Shown here: positions 20,630-30,377 of the stretch, piece after piece
Layout: every line of letters begins with the position of its first letter
How positions within the stretch are numbered: the first letter of the stretch is position 1
NCBI GenBank assembly: GCA_046347685.1
Contig: JAXMFR010000005.1
Span: forward strand, 23,269-87,268
DNA: 64,000 nucleotides
Source: Chitinivorax sp.
Lineage (GTDB): Bacteria; Pseudomonadota; Gammaproteobacteria; Burkholderiales; SCOH01
Direction of reading: 5' to 3'
Notes under the pieces: model-generated
The model's database searches: none
What the model was told of the DNA's origin: nothing
Seen by the model: only the letters and a program-made list of their open reading frames with translations
Program-made: the position numbers and the translations under genes

Positions 20630-21571
20630 ATGAAACTGCAACAGCTACGTTATCTGGTGGAGGTGGCGAAACAGGGTTTGAATGTATCCGACGCCGCCGA
20701 AAAACTGCACACCTCGCAACCCGGCATCAGCAAGCAGATCCGCCTGCTGGAAGACGAGCTGGGGGTGCAGATTTTTGTCCGTAACGGCAAGCGGGTGGTG
20801 GATGTGACGCCGCCGGGCAAGGAAATCCTGCAGATTGCCGAACGGATTTTGCGCGAGGCGAAAAACCTCAAGGGCGTGGGCGACGAATTTGCCAATGAGC
20901 AGGCCGGCAGCCTGACCATTGCCACCACCCACACCCAGGCGCGTTATGCACTGCCCAAGGTGATCCAACGTTTTGTCGAGCTGTATCCGCAGGTGCGCCT
21001 CAGCATCAAACAGGGCAGTCCGCTGCAGATTTGCGAAATGGTGGTCAACGGCGAGGCTGATCTGGCGATTGCCACCGAAGGCATCGAGCGTTTTTCCGAT
21101 CTGGCCATGTTGCCGTGTTACGACTGGAATCGTAGCGTCGTCGTGCCCGCTGGCCACCCTTTGCTGGACATCACCCGGCCGCTGGCGCTGGCTGACATTG
21201 GCGCCTACCCGATCATTACCTACGACTTTGCCTTTACCGGCCGCTCGCGTATCAACCGTGCCTTCGAAGACGCCGGCATCGAGCCAAACGTGGTGCTGAC
21301 CGCCATCGACACCGACGTGATCAAGACCTATGTCGGGCTGGGTCTCGGCGTCGGGATCATTGCCTCGATGGCATTCGAACCGGAACGCGACAGCCAGCTA
21401 CGCTGCATCGACGCCAGCCACCTGTTCGACGCCTCAACCACCCGCATCGGTATCCGCAAGGACGCCTATCTGCGCGGCTATGTGTTTGCCTTTATCGAAT
21501 TGTTTGCGCCGCATCTGCATAAAGAACAGGTGCAGCAGGCGATGGGGCGACCGGAGGAAGAAGAGGAATAA
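20630..21571 (+). CDS. cysB: LysR-family transcriptional regulator CysB
   Basis: MKLQQLRYLVEVAKQGLNVSDAAEKLHTSQPGISKQIRLLE is the characteristic CysB HTH. It is divergent from the sulfur-assimilation genes. Confidence 0.92.
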   Translation: MKLQQLRYLVEVAKQGLNVSDAAEKLHTSQPGISKQIRLLEDELGVQIFVRNGKRVVDVTPPGKEILQIAERILREAKNLKGVGDEFANEQAGSLTIATTHTQARYALPKVIQRFVELYPQVRLSIKQGSPLQICEMVVNGEADLAIATEGIERFSDLAMLPCYDWNRSVVVPAGHPLLDITRPLALADIGAYPIITYDFAFTGRSRINRAFEDAGIEPNVVLTAIDTDVIKTYVGLGLGVGIIASMAFEPERDSQLRCIDASHLFDASTTRIGIRKDAYLRGYVFAFIELFAPHLHKEQVQQAMGRPEEEEE

Positions 21572-21604
21572 AAAAGCGCCACCCGATCAGGTGACGCCTT
21601 TTTC
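21572..21604. terminator. terminator hairpin after cysB (convergent with MaoC-PTA gene)
   Basis: AAAAAGCGCCACCCGATCAGGTGACGCCTTTTT. The stem has one mismatch. Confidence 0.65.
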
Positions 21605-21690
21605 AATCGGGCTGCAGCCCGCTCTGGCATTGCCTTGTAGCCCAGCCTGCAGCCCTCTGCCAGAGCGGCTTGCAGGCCATCTGCCATCAC
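21605..21690. repeat. REP-like element (copy 2)
   Basis: CTGCAGCCCGCTCTGGCATTGCC (module Y, 21612-21634) is followed by an inverted partner CTGCAGCCCTCTGCCAGAGCGGCTTGCAGG (21647-21676). Confidence 0.7.
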
Positions 21691-21691
21691 C

Positions 21692-23077
21692 TCAGTTTTT
21701 CGGCCCGTAGTTGGCCATCAACACCGCAATCGCGCAGGAAGTAATCCGGGCCGGGGCGCTGTCGGCGCGGCTGGTGAGCACGATCGGCACCTTGGCGCCG
21801 AGCACGATGCCGGCGGTGTGGGCATCTGCCAGGTATTCCAGCTGTTTCGCCAGCATGTTGCCCGATTCCAGATCCGGCACCATCAGAATGTCGGCCTGAC
21901 CCGCCACCGGCGAGAGGATGCCTTTGGTACGCGCGGCTTCGGCGGAAATCGCGTTGTCGAAGGCCAGCGGGCCGTCGAGGATGGCGCCGGTAATCTGCTT
22001 GCGGTCGGCCATTTTGCACAGCGCAGCCGCATCGAGTGTGGCGCGCATCTTGGTGTTGACGGTTTCCACTGCGGCCAGGATCGCCACTTTTGGCAATTCG
22101 GTGCCGAGCGCATGCGCCAGATCCACCGCGTTCTGGATGATGTAGCGCTTTTCGTCCAGCGATGGCTCGATGTTGATGGCGGCATCGGTGATCAGCAGCG
22201 GACGCGGGTAGGTTGGCACGTCCATCACGAACACGTGGCTCAGGCGGCGATCGGTGCGGATACCTTTATCCTTGTGAATCACCGCACCCAGCAGCTCGTC
22301 AGTGTGCAGGCTGCCTTTCATGATCGAGCTGGCCTTGCCGGAGCGCACCAGATCCACCGCCAGCTCTGCCGCAGCGTGGCTGTGCTCGGCGTGGTAAATC
22401 TGCAGGCCGGCGATATCGATATCGTTTTGTTCCGCCACCGCGCGAATACGGCTTTCAACGCCAATCAACAACGGCACGATCAGCCCCATGCGTGCCGCTT
22501 CCACCGCGCCCAGCAGCGATTCGCGATCACACGGATGCACCACCGCCATCGGCATTGGCGGCAATGCCAGCGCACGTTCGATAAAGCCGCGATGGCTGCC
22601 GCGCGGGTCTTTCTTGCGCGCCATCTGCTTCTCGGGTTTGGCCTGGCGGATTTTCTGATCCGGAGCGGTGACATGTACTTCGCCCGCCACCACCACATCG
22701 CCTTGCTGATTCACACATTGGCAATCAAACACCACGTGGCGGTTGCTGTCGTTTTTGGCGGTGACGGTGCAAGTGGCGGTCAGCGTGTCGCCAACACTCA
22801 CGCCATGTTTGAACTGCAGTGTCTGGCCGATGAACTGGGTGCCGGGGCCGGGCAGCTGGCGGCCGAGAATGTGCGAAATCAGCGAGCCACCCCACATCGC
22901 CCGCCCCACCAGCTGGTGAATATCGTCCGACTGTGCCGCTTCGTCGACCATCGCCGGGTTGACGTCGCCCGACATCACCGCAAACAGGCGGATTTCGTCA
23001 TAAGTCAGGGTTTTGACCAGCGAGGCCGAATCACCCACGTTGATTTCGTCAAAAGTACGGTTTTCAATAAAGTCCAT
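21692..23077 (-). CDS. MaoC-like (R)-hydratase hot-dog domain fused to phosphate acetyl/butyryltransferase
   Basis: The N-terminal ~140 aa form a MaoC hot-dog (FAVMSGDVNPAMVD). The C-terminal ~300 aa form a PTA_PTB domain (SIMKGSLHTDELL, ITDAAIN, DGPLAFDNAIS). ATG 23077 is preferred. Confidence 0.85.
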   Translation of the reverse strand: MDFIENRTFDEINVGDSASLVKTLTYDEIRLFAVMSGDVNPAMVDEAAQSDDIHQLVGRAMWGGSLISHILGRQLPGPGTQFIGQTLQFKHGVSVGDTLTATCTVTAKNDSNRHVVFDCQCVNQQGDVVVAGEVHVTAPDQKIRQAKPEKQMARKKDPRGSHRGFIERALALPPMPMAVVHPCDRESLLGAVEAARMGLIVPLLIGVESRIRAVAEQNDIDIAGLQIYHAEHSHAAAELAVDLVRSGKASSIMKGSLHTDELLGAVIHKDKGIRTDRRLSHVFVMDVPTYPRPLLITDAAINIEPSLDEKRYIIQNAVDLAHALGTELPKVAILAAVETVNTKMRATLDAAALCKMADRKQITGAILDGPLAFDNAISAEAARTKGILSPVAGQADILMVPDLESGNMLAKQLEYLADAHTAGIVLGAKVPIVLTSRADSAPARITSCAIAVLMANYGPKN

Positions 23078-23459
23078 GTGTGGCTCGCTAAAGTGTGGCT
23101 TGGCCGATTGTTGATGCTGCACTCGCAGCAAACGTCAAACGGCAAACATCGGAAAACAGGAGTCCATAAGCTTAGCTGGATAATGTTGCGATGCAGCGAA
23201 AAGGTCAACAGGCAGAGTTTAACCATAGTCAACAAGTTGGCAGTTTGTGCCATGGGAGGCGCTGTTTTTTTGGCTGTGCGGGCGAATCGCGGCGTCACGC
23301 GGTGCTCGAAAGCTCGCCTATCTGAAAGATATGTCTCGCCTTCTGCGCGCCGGGTTCCTTGCGCTTCATCCCGCTCGCCGAATAAAACAGCGCTTCCCTT
23401 GGCAAGTGTCATTTTGCGTTCTTGACGCTGATTTGCTGCTGCTGCACCATGTCGCAAAA

Positions 23460-23481
23460 CAATTGACGTTAACGTCAATTG
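23460..23481. promoter_or_regulatory. perfect 22-bp palindrome, candidate operator of the mmsA operon
   Basis: CAATTGACGTTAACGTCAATTG lies 31 nt upstream of the mmsA ATG. It is just downstream of a possible TTGACG-17-CACCAT promoter (23422-23450). Confidence 0.55.
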
Positions 23482-23511
23482 CAACAAATGGACGATATCG
23501 AGGAGACAGGC

Positions 23512-25008
23512 ATGGCAGTTGCAACCGTGAAATTGCTGATCAATGGCGAGTGGGTAGAATCGAAAACCAATCAGTGGCACGAGGTGATCAACCCGGCCAC
23601 GCAAGAGGTACTGGCGAAGGTGCCATTTGCCACCCACGACGAGCTGAACGCCGCCGTTGCCGCAGCCAAAAACGCCTTCAAAACCTGGCGCCTGACGCCA
23701 ATCGGCACCCGCGCACGGATTTTTCTCAAGCTGCAGCAACTGATCCGCGAAAACATGGCCGACCTGGCCGCCACCTTGACCAGCGAGCAAGGCAAGACCT
23801 TGGCCGATGCCGAAGGCGATATCTTCCGTGGGCTGGAGGTGGTGGAACACGCCGCCAATATCGGCACGCTGCAAATGGGCGAATTTGCCGAAAACGTTGC
23901 CGGCGCGGTCGATACCTATACCTTGCAACAGCCGCTGGGCGTCTGCGCCGGCATCACGCCGTTCAATTTCCCGGCGATGATCCCGCTGTGGATGTTCCCG
24001 ATGGCTATCGCCTGCGGCAACACCTTTGTCCTCAAATGTTCCGAGCAAGATCCGCTGGTGACGATGAAACTGGTGCAACTGGCGCTGGATGCCGGCATTC
24101 CGCCCGGCGTGCTGAACGTGGTGCACGGCGGCGAAGCCATCGTCAACGGTCTGTGCGACCATCCGGATATCAAGGCGGTCAGCTTCGTCGGCTCGACCCG
24201 TGTTGGCACTCACGTGTATCACCGCGCCTCGAATGCCGGCAAGCGCGTGCAGTGCATGATGGGCGCCAAGAACCACGCGGTGGTGATGCCTGATGCCAAC
24301 AAGGAGCAAACGCTGAATGCCCTAGTCGGTGCCGGTTTCGGCGCGGCCGGGCAGCGTTGCATGGCGACCTCGGTGGCGGTGCTGGTAGGCGAGGCCAACA
24401 ACTGGATTCCCGACATCGTCGCCAAGGCGAAAACCCTGCGCGTTGGCCCCGGCAAGGACAACCCCGACCTCGGCCCGGTGATCTCCTGCAATGCCAAACA
24501 ACGCATCGAACACCTGATCCAGCAAGGCGTGGAGCACGGCGCCAAGCTGGAGCTGGATGGCCGGGCGATCAAGGTGCCGGGTTTCGAAAACGGCAACTTC
24601 GTCGGCCCGACTTTGTTCAGCGGCGTCAAACCCGGCATGCCGATTTACGATCAGGAAATCTTCGGCCCGGTGCTGGTTCTGGTCAGCGCCGCCACGCTCG
24701 ACGAAGCCATCGACATCATCAACGCCAACCCCAACGGCAACGGCACTGCCATCTTTACCCAGAGCGGTGCGGCGGCGCGGCGCTTCCAGCAGGATATCGA
24801 CGTTGGCCAGGTCGGCATCAATGTGCCGATTCCGGTGCCGGTGCCGCTATTCAGCTTTACCGGCTCGCGTGGCTCGAAACTCGGTGATCTTGGCCCCTAT
24901 GGCAAACAGGCGATCCTGTTTTATACCCAGACCAAAACCGTGACCGAGCGCTGGTTTGACGATGCCGCCGTGAATACCGGCGTTAACACCACCATTTCAC
25001 TACGCTGA
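23512..25008 (+). CDS. mmsA: methylmalonate-semialdehyde dehydrogenase (CoA-acylating)
   Basis: ALDH fold with catalytic Cys in GQRCMA and the typical MMSDH N-terminus [15 protein letters not shown] 23512 follows GAGGAG. Confidence 0.92.
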   Translation: MAVATVKLLINGEWVESKTNQWHEVINPATQEVLAKVPFATHDELNAAVAAAKNAFKTWRLTPIGTRARIFLKLQQLIRENMADLAATLTSEQGKTLADAEGDIFRGLEVVEHAANIGTLQMGEFAENVAGAVDTYTLQQPLGVCAGITPFNFPAMIPLWMFPMAIACGNTFVLKCSEQDPLVTMKLVQLALDAGIPPGVLNVVHGGEAIVNGLCDHPDIKAVSFVGSTRVGTHVYHRASNAGKRVQCMMGAKNHAVVMPDANKEQTLNALVGAGFGAAGQRCMATSVAVLVGEANNWIPDIVAKAKTLRVGPGKDNPDLGPVISCNAKQRIEHLIQQGVEHGAKLELDGRAIKVPGFENGNFVGPTLFSGVKPGMPIYDQEIFGPVLVLVSAATLDEAIDIINANPNGNGTAIFTQSGAAARRFQQDIDVGQVGINVPIPVPVPLFSFTGSRGSKLGDLGPYGKQAILFYTQTKTVTERWFDDAAVNTGVNTTISLR

Positions 25009-25010
25009 TC

Positions 25011-26171
25011 ATGGATTTTGAACTCAACGACGACCAGCGCGCCTTCCAGCAAACGGCGCGCGACTTCGCCACCAACGAACTGGCGCCGCACGCCGCAGAA
25101 TGGGATGAGCAGCATATCTTCCCCAAAAACGTGATCGCCAAGGCCGGCGAGCTGGGCTTTTGCGGCCTGTATACGCCGGAAAGTGCTGGCGGGCTGGGGC
25201 TGAGCCGGCTCGACGCCAGCATTGTGTTTGAAGAACTGGCGGCTGGCTGCACCTCGACCACCGCTTACATCACCATCCACAACATGGCGACCTGGATGGT
25301 GGCCAATTGGGGCCAGCCGGGAGTGGTGGCTGAATGGTGTCCGGCGCTGACCCAAGGGCAAAAACTCGCGTCATATTGCCTGACCGAGCCGGATGCCGGC
25401 TCTGACGCCGCCAGCCTGAAAACCACTGCACGGCGTGATGGCGAGGTGTATGTGCTGGATGGTGGCAAGGCCTTCATTTCCGGCGCTGGCGCGACAGATC
25501 TGCTGGTGGTGATGGCACGCACCGGCGGGCCGGGCGCGGGCGGCATTTCTGCGTTTGCTGTGCCGGCCAATCTGCCGGGCATTCGTTACGGCAAGCTGGA
25601 AGCAAAAATGGGCTGGAACAGCCAGCCAACGCGGCAGATTTTTTTCGACGGCGTGCGCCTGCCGGCCAATCATCGGCTGGGCGAAGAGGGCGAAGGCTTC
25701 CGCATCGCGATGAAAGGCATCGACGGCGGCCGTATCAATATTGCCACCTGCTCGGTCGGCACTGCGCAAGCGGCGCTGGATGCGGCCCGCGAGCATTTGT
25801 TGCAGCGCAAGCAGTTCGGCAAGCCGCTGGCGGATTTTCAGGCGCTGCAGTTCAAGCTGGCCGACATGCTCACCGAGCTGGTCGCCGCACGGCAAATGGT
25901 GCGGCTGGCCGCCAGCAAGCTGGATCAGGCTTCGGCCGATGCCAGCGCCTATTGCGCGATGGCCAAACGCTTCGCTACCGATGCCGCATTCCGCATCTGT
26001 TGTGATGCGCAGCAGCTATTCGGCGGCTACGGTTATATCAAGGAATACCCGCTGGAACGCTACGTGCGCGACAGCCGCGTGCACCAGATTCTGGAAGGCA
26101 CCAACGAAATCATGCGCGTCATCATCGCCCGCGCGGCGTTGAAGGATGGCGCTTCGGATAATTTGCGTTAA
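25011..26171 (+). CDS. acyl-CoA dehydrogenase (isobutyryl-CoA dehydrogenase by context)
   Basis: ACAD motifs CLTEPDAGSDA and QLFGGYGYIKEYPLERYVRD. It lies within the valine-catabolism cluster. Confidence 0.88.
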   Translation: MDFELNDDQRAFQQTARDFATNELAPHAAEWDEQHIFPKNVIAKAGELGFCGLYTPESAGGLGLSRLDASIVFEELAAGCTSTTAYITIHNMATWMVANWGQPGVVAEWCPALTQGQKLASYCLTEPDAGSDAASLKTTARRDGEVYVLDGGKAFISGAGATDLLVVMARTGGPGAGGISAFAVPANLPGIRYGKLEAKMGWNSQPTRQIFFDGVRLPANHRLGEEGEGFRIAMKGIDGGRINIATCSVGTAQAALDAAREHLLQRKQFGKPLADFQALQFKLADMLTELVAARQMVRLAASKLDQASADASAYCAMAKRFATDAAFRICCDAQQLFGGYGYIKEYPLERYVRDSRVHQILEGTNEIMRVIIARAALKDGASDNLR

Positions 26172-26184
26172 GCGAGACTCAAGC

Positions 26185-26961
26185 ATGCACCCACTACTGC
26201 GACTGGAAAAAACCGGCAACACCGCCATCCTCACCATTCGAAACCCGCCCGCCAACACCTGGAACCGCGACAGCCTGATCGCGCTGAAACAGACGGTGGA
26301 AGCGCTGAATGCCGAACGCGACATCTACGCATTGGTGATTACCGGCGAAGGCGACAAATTCTTCTCTGCCGGCGCCGATCTGAAGCTGTTTGCCGATGGC
26401 GACAAGGCCGTGGCACGCGATATGGCGCGGGTGTTCGGCGAGGCATTCGAAACCCTGTCGCAGTTCCGTGGCGTATCGATTGCCGCAATCAACGGCTACG
26501 CCATGGGTGGCGGGCTGGAATGCGCGTTGGCCTGCGATCTGCGTATTGCCGAAGAACAGGCGCAGATGGCGCTGCCGGAAGCCGCTGTCGGCCTGCTGCC
26601 CTGCGCCGGCGGCACGCAGAATCTGGCATGGCTGGTGGGCGAGGGCTGGGCCAAACGCATGATCCTCTGCGGCGAAAGGGTAACGGCGCAGCAGGCATTG
26701 CAAATCGGCCTGGTGGAAGAAGTGGTACCCAAAGGCACCGCCCGCGAAGCGGCGCTGGCCTTGGCCGAGAAAGTCGCCCGCCAAAGCCCAGTGTCGGTCA
26801 CCGCCTGCAAACAGCTGATCCAGCGTGGCCGCAATCAACCGATGTTCCAGGCACTGCCGGCCGAGCGCGAAGCGTTTGTGGATTTGTTCGATAGCCAGGA
26901 TCAGGCCGAAGGCGTACAGGCCTTTCTGCAAAAACGCCCGCCGCAGTGGAGCAACAAATGA
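26185..26961 (+). CDS. enoyl-CoA hydratase (crotonase family)
   Basis: Crotonase oxyanion segments FSAGADLK and INGYAMGGGLECALACD. Confidence 0.88.
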   Translation: MHPLLRLEKTGNTAILTIRNPPANTWNRDSLIALKQTVEALNAERDIYALVITGEGDKFFSAGADLKLFADGDKAVARDMARVFGEAFETLSQFRGVSIAAINGYAMGGGLECALACDLRIAEEQAQMALPEAAVGLLPCAGGTQNLAWLVGEGWAKRMILCGERVTAQQALQIGLVEEVVPKGTAREAALALAEKVARQSPVSVTACKQLIQRGRNQPMFQALPAEREAFVDLFDSQDQAEGVQAFLQKRPPQWSNK

Positions 26962-28067
26962 GCGTGATTTTCGACACCCGTGTCGCCGTTAACGGCAAGC
27001 AGATCGGCGTTGCCACACTCGCCAACGAAAGTGCGCTCAATGCGTTGACGCTCGCGATGGCCGAGCAGCTTTACGACCAATTGCTGGAATGGGAAGAAGA
27101 CCCGGCCATCGCCTGCGTGGTGCTGCAGGGCGCGGGTGGCAAGGCCTTCTGCGCGGGAGGCGATATCGTGTCGCTGCACAAATCATTGTGCGAACACGGC
27201 GAGGATCTGACCCAGCGCTACGCCGAGCAGTTTTTCGAGCTCGAGTATCAACTAGATTACCTGATCCACAGCTACACCAAGCCGGTGCTGTGCTGGGGCC
27301 ACGGCATCATCATGGGTGGCGGGCTGGGGCTGATGGCTGGCGCCTCGCATCGCGTCGTCACCGAAAAATCGCGCATCGCCATGCCGGAAATCACCATCGG
27401 CCTGTTTCCGGATGTCGGCGGCTCGTGGTTTCTCAACCGCATGCCGGGGCGGGTGGGGCTGTATCTGGGCCTCACCGGCGCGCATCTGAATGCCGCCGAC
27501 GCGCTGTTCGTCAAACTCGCCGATTTTTATCTGGAGCACAGCGAAAAATCTGCCTTGCTCGACGCACTGCTGCAAGTCGACTGGGACGACCACTATCGCC
27601 ACAATCACCACAAGCTGTCGGCGCTGCTGCGCCAGCATCGCGGGCGCTTTCCGCTGCCGGAATCGCCAGTGCGCACCCATCTCGACTTCATCAACGCCAT
27701 CACCGATTTTGACAGCGTCGAAGACATTGCCGCCGCCCTGGCCTTCCATCAACAAGAGGACGCCTGGATTCAGCGCGGCGCCAAGGCGCTGCAGGCCGGC
27801 TCGCCAACCTCGGCCAAGGTGATTTTCGAAACCTACCAGCGCGCCACGCATATGTCGCTGGAAGAAGTGTTCGCGATGGAACTCGGGCTGGCGATCCAGT
27901 TCTGCCGCCACCCGGATTTCCGCGAAGGCGTGCGCGCCTTGCTGATCGACAAGGACAACACCCCGCGCTGGTCACCGCCAACGCTGGCAGAAGTCAGCGA
28001 TGCCTACGTCGAAGAACACTTCACCCCGCCGTGGCCGCAAGACCAACATCCGTATCGCGACTGGTAA
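26958..28067 (+). CDS. 3-hydroxyisobutyryl-CoA hydrolase
   Basis: Crotonase-like domain (FCAGGDI, GIIMGGGLGL, MPEITIGLFPDVGG) with the HIBCH-type C-terminal extension. Its ATGA start overlaps the preceding stop. Confidence 0.88.
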   Translation: MSVIFDTRVAVNGKQIGVATLANESALNALTLAMAEQLYDQLLEWEEDPAIACVVLQGAGGKAFCAGGDIVSLHKSLCEHGEDLTQRYAEQFFELEYQLDYLIHSYTKPVLCWGHGIIMGGGLGLMAGASHRVVTEKSRIAMPEITIGLFPDVGGSWFLNRMPGRVGLYLGLTGAHLNAADALFVKLADFYLEHSEKSALLDALLQVDWDDHYRHNHHKLSALLRQHRGRFPLPESPVRTHLDFINAITDFDSVEDIAAALAFHQQEDAWIQRGAKALQAGSPTSAKVIFETYQRATHMSLEEVFAMELGLAIQFCRHPDFREGVRALLIDKDNTPRWSPPTLAEVSDAYVEEHFTPPWPQDQHPYRDW

Positions 28068-28136
28068 GCGGGCAGGGCTGCGGGCCGCGCGGGTATTGGC
28101 TCGCAGGCCGGGCTGCAGGGCAATGGCAGAGCAGCA
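28068..28136. repeat. REP-like element (copy 3: module X then inverted module Y)
   Basis: CTGCGGGCCGCGCGGGTATTGGCTCGCAGGCC (28077-28109) followed by CTGCAGGGCAATGGCAGAGC (28113-28132). Confidence 0.7.
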
Positions 28137-28242
28137 TACAGGGTAAGCTTAGCTGTGTGTTGGACTTGAAATCTAAAAAACAAATGCGAGACCTGACACT
28201 GGCACGCGTTGTGGAGAATCAACTAAATGAGCGCCCCACCAT

Positions 28243-29115
28243 ATGATTTTTGCACACGGTAAGAATTTGCTTCAATTGTTTGGCTATTTCTTTCTCATTG
28301 CCTGCTTTTATGGCGGTCTTCCGGGTTGCAGCAAAGTTGCGCCTCTACCCAATCCCGTCGAAAGCAAAGAGGGTCTTGCATATATCCCTATTGACGACAC
28401 AGCATTTCTTGTTCCTGAAAAGACGTGGCTTACCAATTACTCCCGCAACTCGGAAGATGGAAAGATTAACTCTATTTCTTTGCATGCTACGGTGCCTGAC
28501 GTAAGTCCATGGAGTAAATTGCGCGATGAAGAAATGTATAGACGAGCAGGTCCTGGGAAAAAATTGCTGATTACTATACAAGGCAATCAAATCGGGGATT
28601 ACCGGGACCACTTTCATGAGGTGCCACATAGCCGAATGTGGCAGTTTAAATTTGCCGAAGAGCCTTCAGATCACATTGAGCAAGGCTTAAGGAAGTTTCG
28701 CGAGATCCTCATGCAAAACAGCGAAATAGATGCAAGTGCTGATTCAAAAGAGGCCAAGTATGAAGCTATTGGGCGCAAAAACAAAGATGGCGACATTCTC
28801 TTTATGAGCACGGTCTATTACGAATATATAGAGAATGAAAAGGTAAAATATTTTATTCATTGCAGCGATGGGCCTGGGGCGATTTGGGATATGTGCCATG
28901 TCAGCTTTCCATGGGGTCGGACATTAATGATTGATATCGAATTTAGTCGTGATGACATATCAAATGTCGTGTCCATGGCAAAAAAAGTTGAGATTAGGCT
29001 TGGTGAGTTTGAAGTTGCGGCCAACCAATATTTGGTTCGCCAATCAGAATTTAAAAAGAACTCCCTTAACAGGCTGGTGAGAAACTCCTCAACCGAGTCA
29101 AGGCGCGGGTTTTGA
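28243..29115 (+). CDS. orphan predicted lipoprotein, AT-rich, 3' end replaced by IS sequence
   Basis: Signal peptide with lipobox LPGC (Cys29). I recognise no family motif. The first 60 nt hold 21 G+C, against 36/60 in flanking sequence 28001-28060. The last 15 codons lie inside the IS. Confidence 0.6.
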   Translation: MIFAHGKNLLQLFGYFFLIACFYGGLPGCSKVAPLPNPVESKEGLAYIPIDDTAFLVPEKTWLTNYSRNSEDGKINSISLHATVPDVSPWSKLRDEEMYRRAGPGKKLLITIQGNQIGDYRDHFHEVPHSRMWQFKFAEEPSDHIEQGLRKFREILMQNSEIDASADSKEAKYEAIGRKNKDGDILFMSTVYYEYIENEKVKYFIHCSDGPGAIWDMCHVSFPWGRTLMIDIEFSRDDISNVVSMAKKVEIRLGEFEVAANQYLVRQSEFKKNSLNRLVRNSSTESRRGF

Positions 29116-30377
29116 GGCAGAATGGGGCTTGAAACCAGCCCCTATTTTCCCCGATTTTCCATGCGCGGCCAAGAGAATCCCCAACTGTCGATGTTCAGCT
29201 ATCTCAGCCTGGAACATCGTATCCCCGCCGATCACCCGCTGCGCCGTCTGCGCGTGCTGGTTGATGGCATCCTCGCCAACATGAGCACCCTGTTCGATGA
29301 GCGCTATTCGCATACCGGTCGCCCGTCGATTCCACCGGAGCACCTGCTGCGGGCGCTGTTGCTGCAGATTTTGTTCACCGTGCGCAGTGAGCGGCTGTTG
29401 ATGGAGCAGTTGGACTACAACCTGCTGTTCCGCTGGTTTGTCGGTTTGAGCATGGACGAGGCGGTTTGGGATCGAACCGTATTCAGCATCAACCGCGACC
29501 GTCTGCTGTGTACCGACATGGGCCGGGAGTTCTTTCAGCGCGTCCTCTATCTCGCCGAATGGCAGGGCTTTGTCTCGGACGAGCACTTCAGCGTTGACGG
29601 TACCATGATCGAAGCCTGGGCCAGCCACAAAGCTTTGTGCGCAAGGATGGCAGCGGCCCGGAGCAACCACCGGGGCGCAATCCGGAGGTGGATTTCAAGG
29701 GCGAGAAGCGTAGCAATGCCACCCACCAAAGTAGCACCGATCCCCAGTCGCGGCTGTACAAGAAAGGCGAGTTCACCGAAGCCGTGCGCTATATGACGCA
29801 CGCGCTGGCCGAGAATCGCAACGGATTGATCGTCGACGTGGAAACCACCCAGGCCAATGGCCGGGCCGAGTGGGAAGCGGCGCAGGCGATGATTGCGCGC
29901 AGCGTTCGCAAGCCCGGCGCCTCGGTGGCTGGCGATAAGGGCTATGACACCGACAGCTTTGTCAGCTACCTGGAAAGTCGGGACATCAAGGCACATATCG
30001 CGCGCAAAAGCACCGGCAGTGCCGTCGATGGCCGCACCGCCCGCGGCAAGGCTTACGCCATGAGTCTGCGCCGCCGCAAGATGATCGAAGAAGCGTTTGG
30101 CTGGATCAAGACAGTAGGCGGCTTGCGCAAGACCCGGCACAAGGGACTGGAAAAGCTCTCCGGCCAGGCGCTGTTTACCTTTGCGGCCTATAACCTGACG
30201 CGCCTGCTGAATCTGATGCAAAAGGCAGCATAGGGATTATTCCGTCTGCCAGCAGGCCAATGGCAGACGAAACAGGCGAATTCGCCCAGTTACACTGGCC
30301 GCGGCGTACTTCCTGCGCCGAAAAAAACAGCAGGAAGAACAAAATCCGCAGGGAATGGGGTGTTTCTCACCAGCCTG
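29070..30377 (+). mobile_element. IS5-family insertion sequence (1308 bp)
   Basis: Perfect 16-bp terminal inverted repeats CAGGCTGGTGAGAAAC (29070-29085) / GTTTCTCACCAGCCTG (30362-30377). They are flanked by a direct TTAA (29066-29069 and 30378-30381), which matches the YTAR 4-bp target duplication of the IS5 group. Confidence 0.88.
29161..30233 (+). pseudogene. IS5-family DDE transposase, split by a -1 frameshift near 29629-29633
   Basis: N-terminal part MRGQENPQLSMFSYLSLEHRIPADHPLR..EAWASHK in frame 1. C-terminal part SFVRKDGSGP..DKGYDT..RRRKMIEEAFGWIKTVGGLRKTRHKG in frame 0. Reading cac-aaa then agc-ttt gives a continuous protein. Confidence 0.8.

Noticed and set aside
23238-23250. A possible sigma54 promoter, TGGCAGTTTGTGC, in the MaoC-PTA/mmsA control region.
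   Set aside because: The GG-to-GC spacing is 10 nt here, against 12 nt in the TGGCAC-N5-TTGC consensus. No enhancer-binding protein gene is nearby.
29626-29636. Programmed -1 ribosomal frameshifting in the IS transposase.
   Set aside because: I considered this but rate it less likely than a 1-nt deletion. There is no X XXY YYZ heptamer, only three A residues, and no obvious downstream stimulatory structure. It is kept as an open question in the findings.
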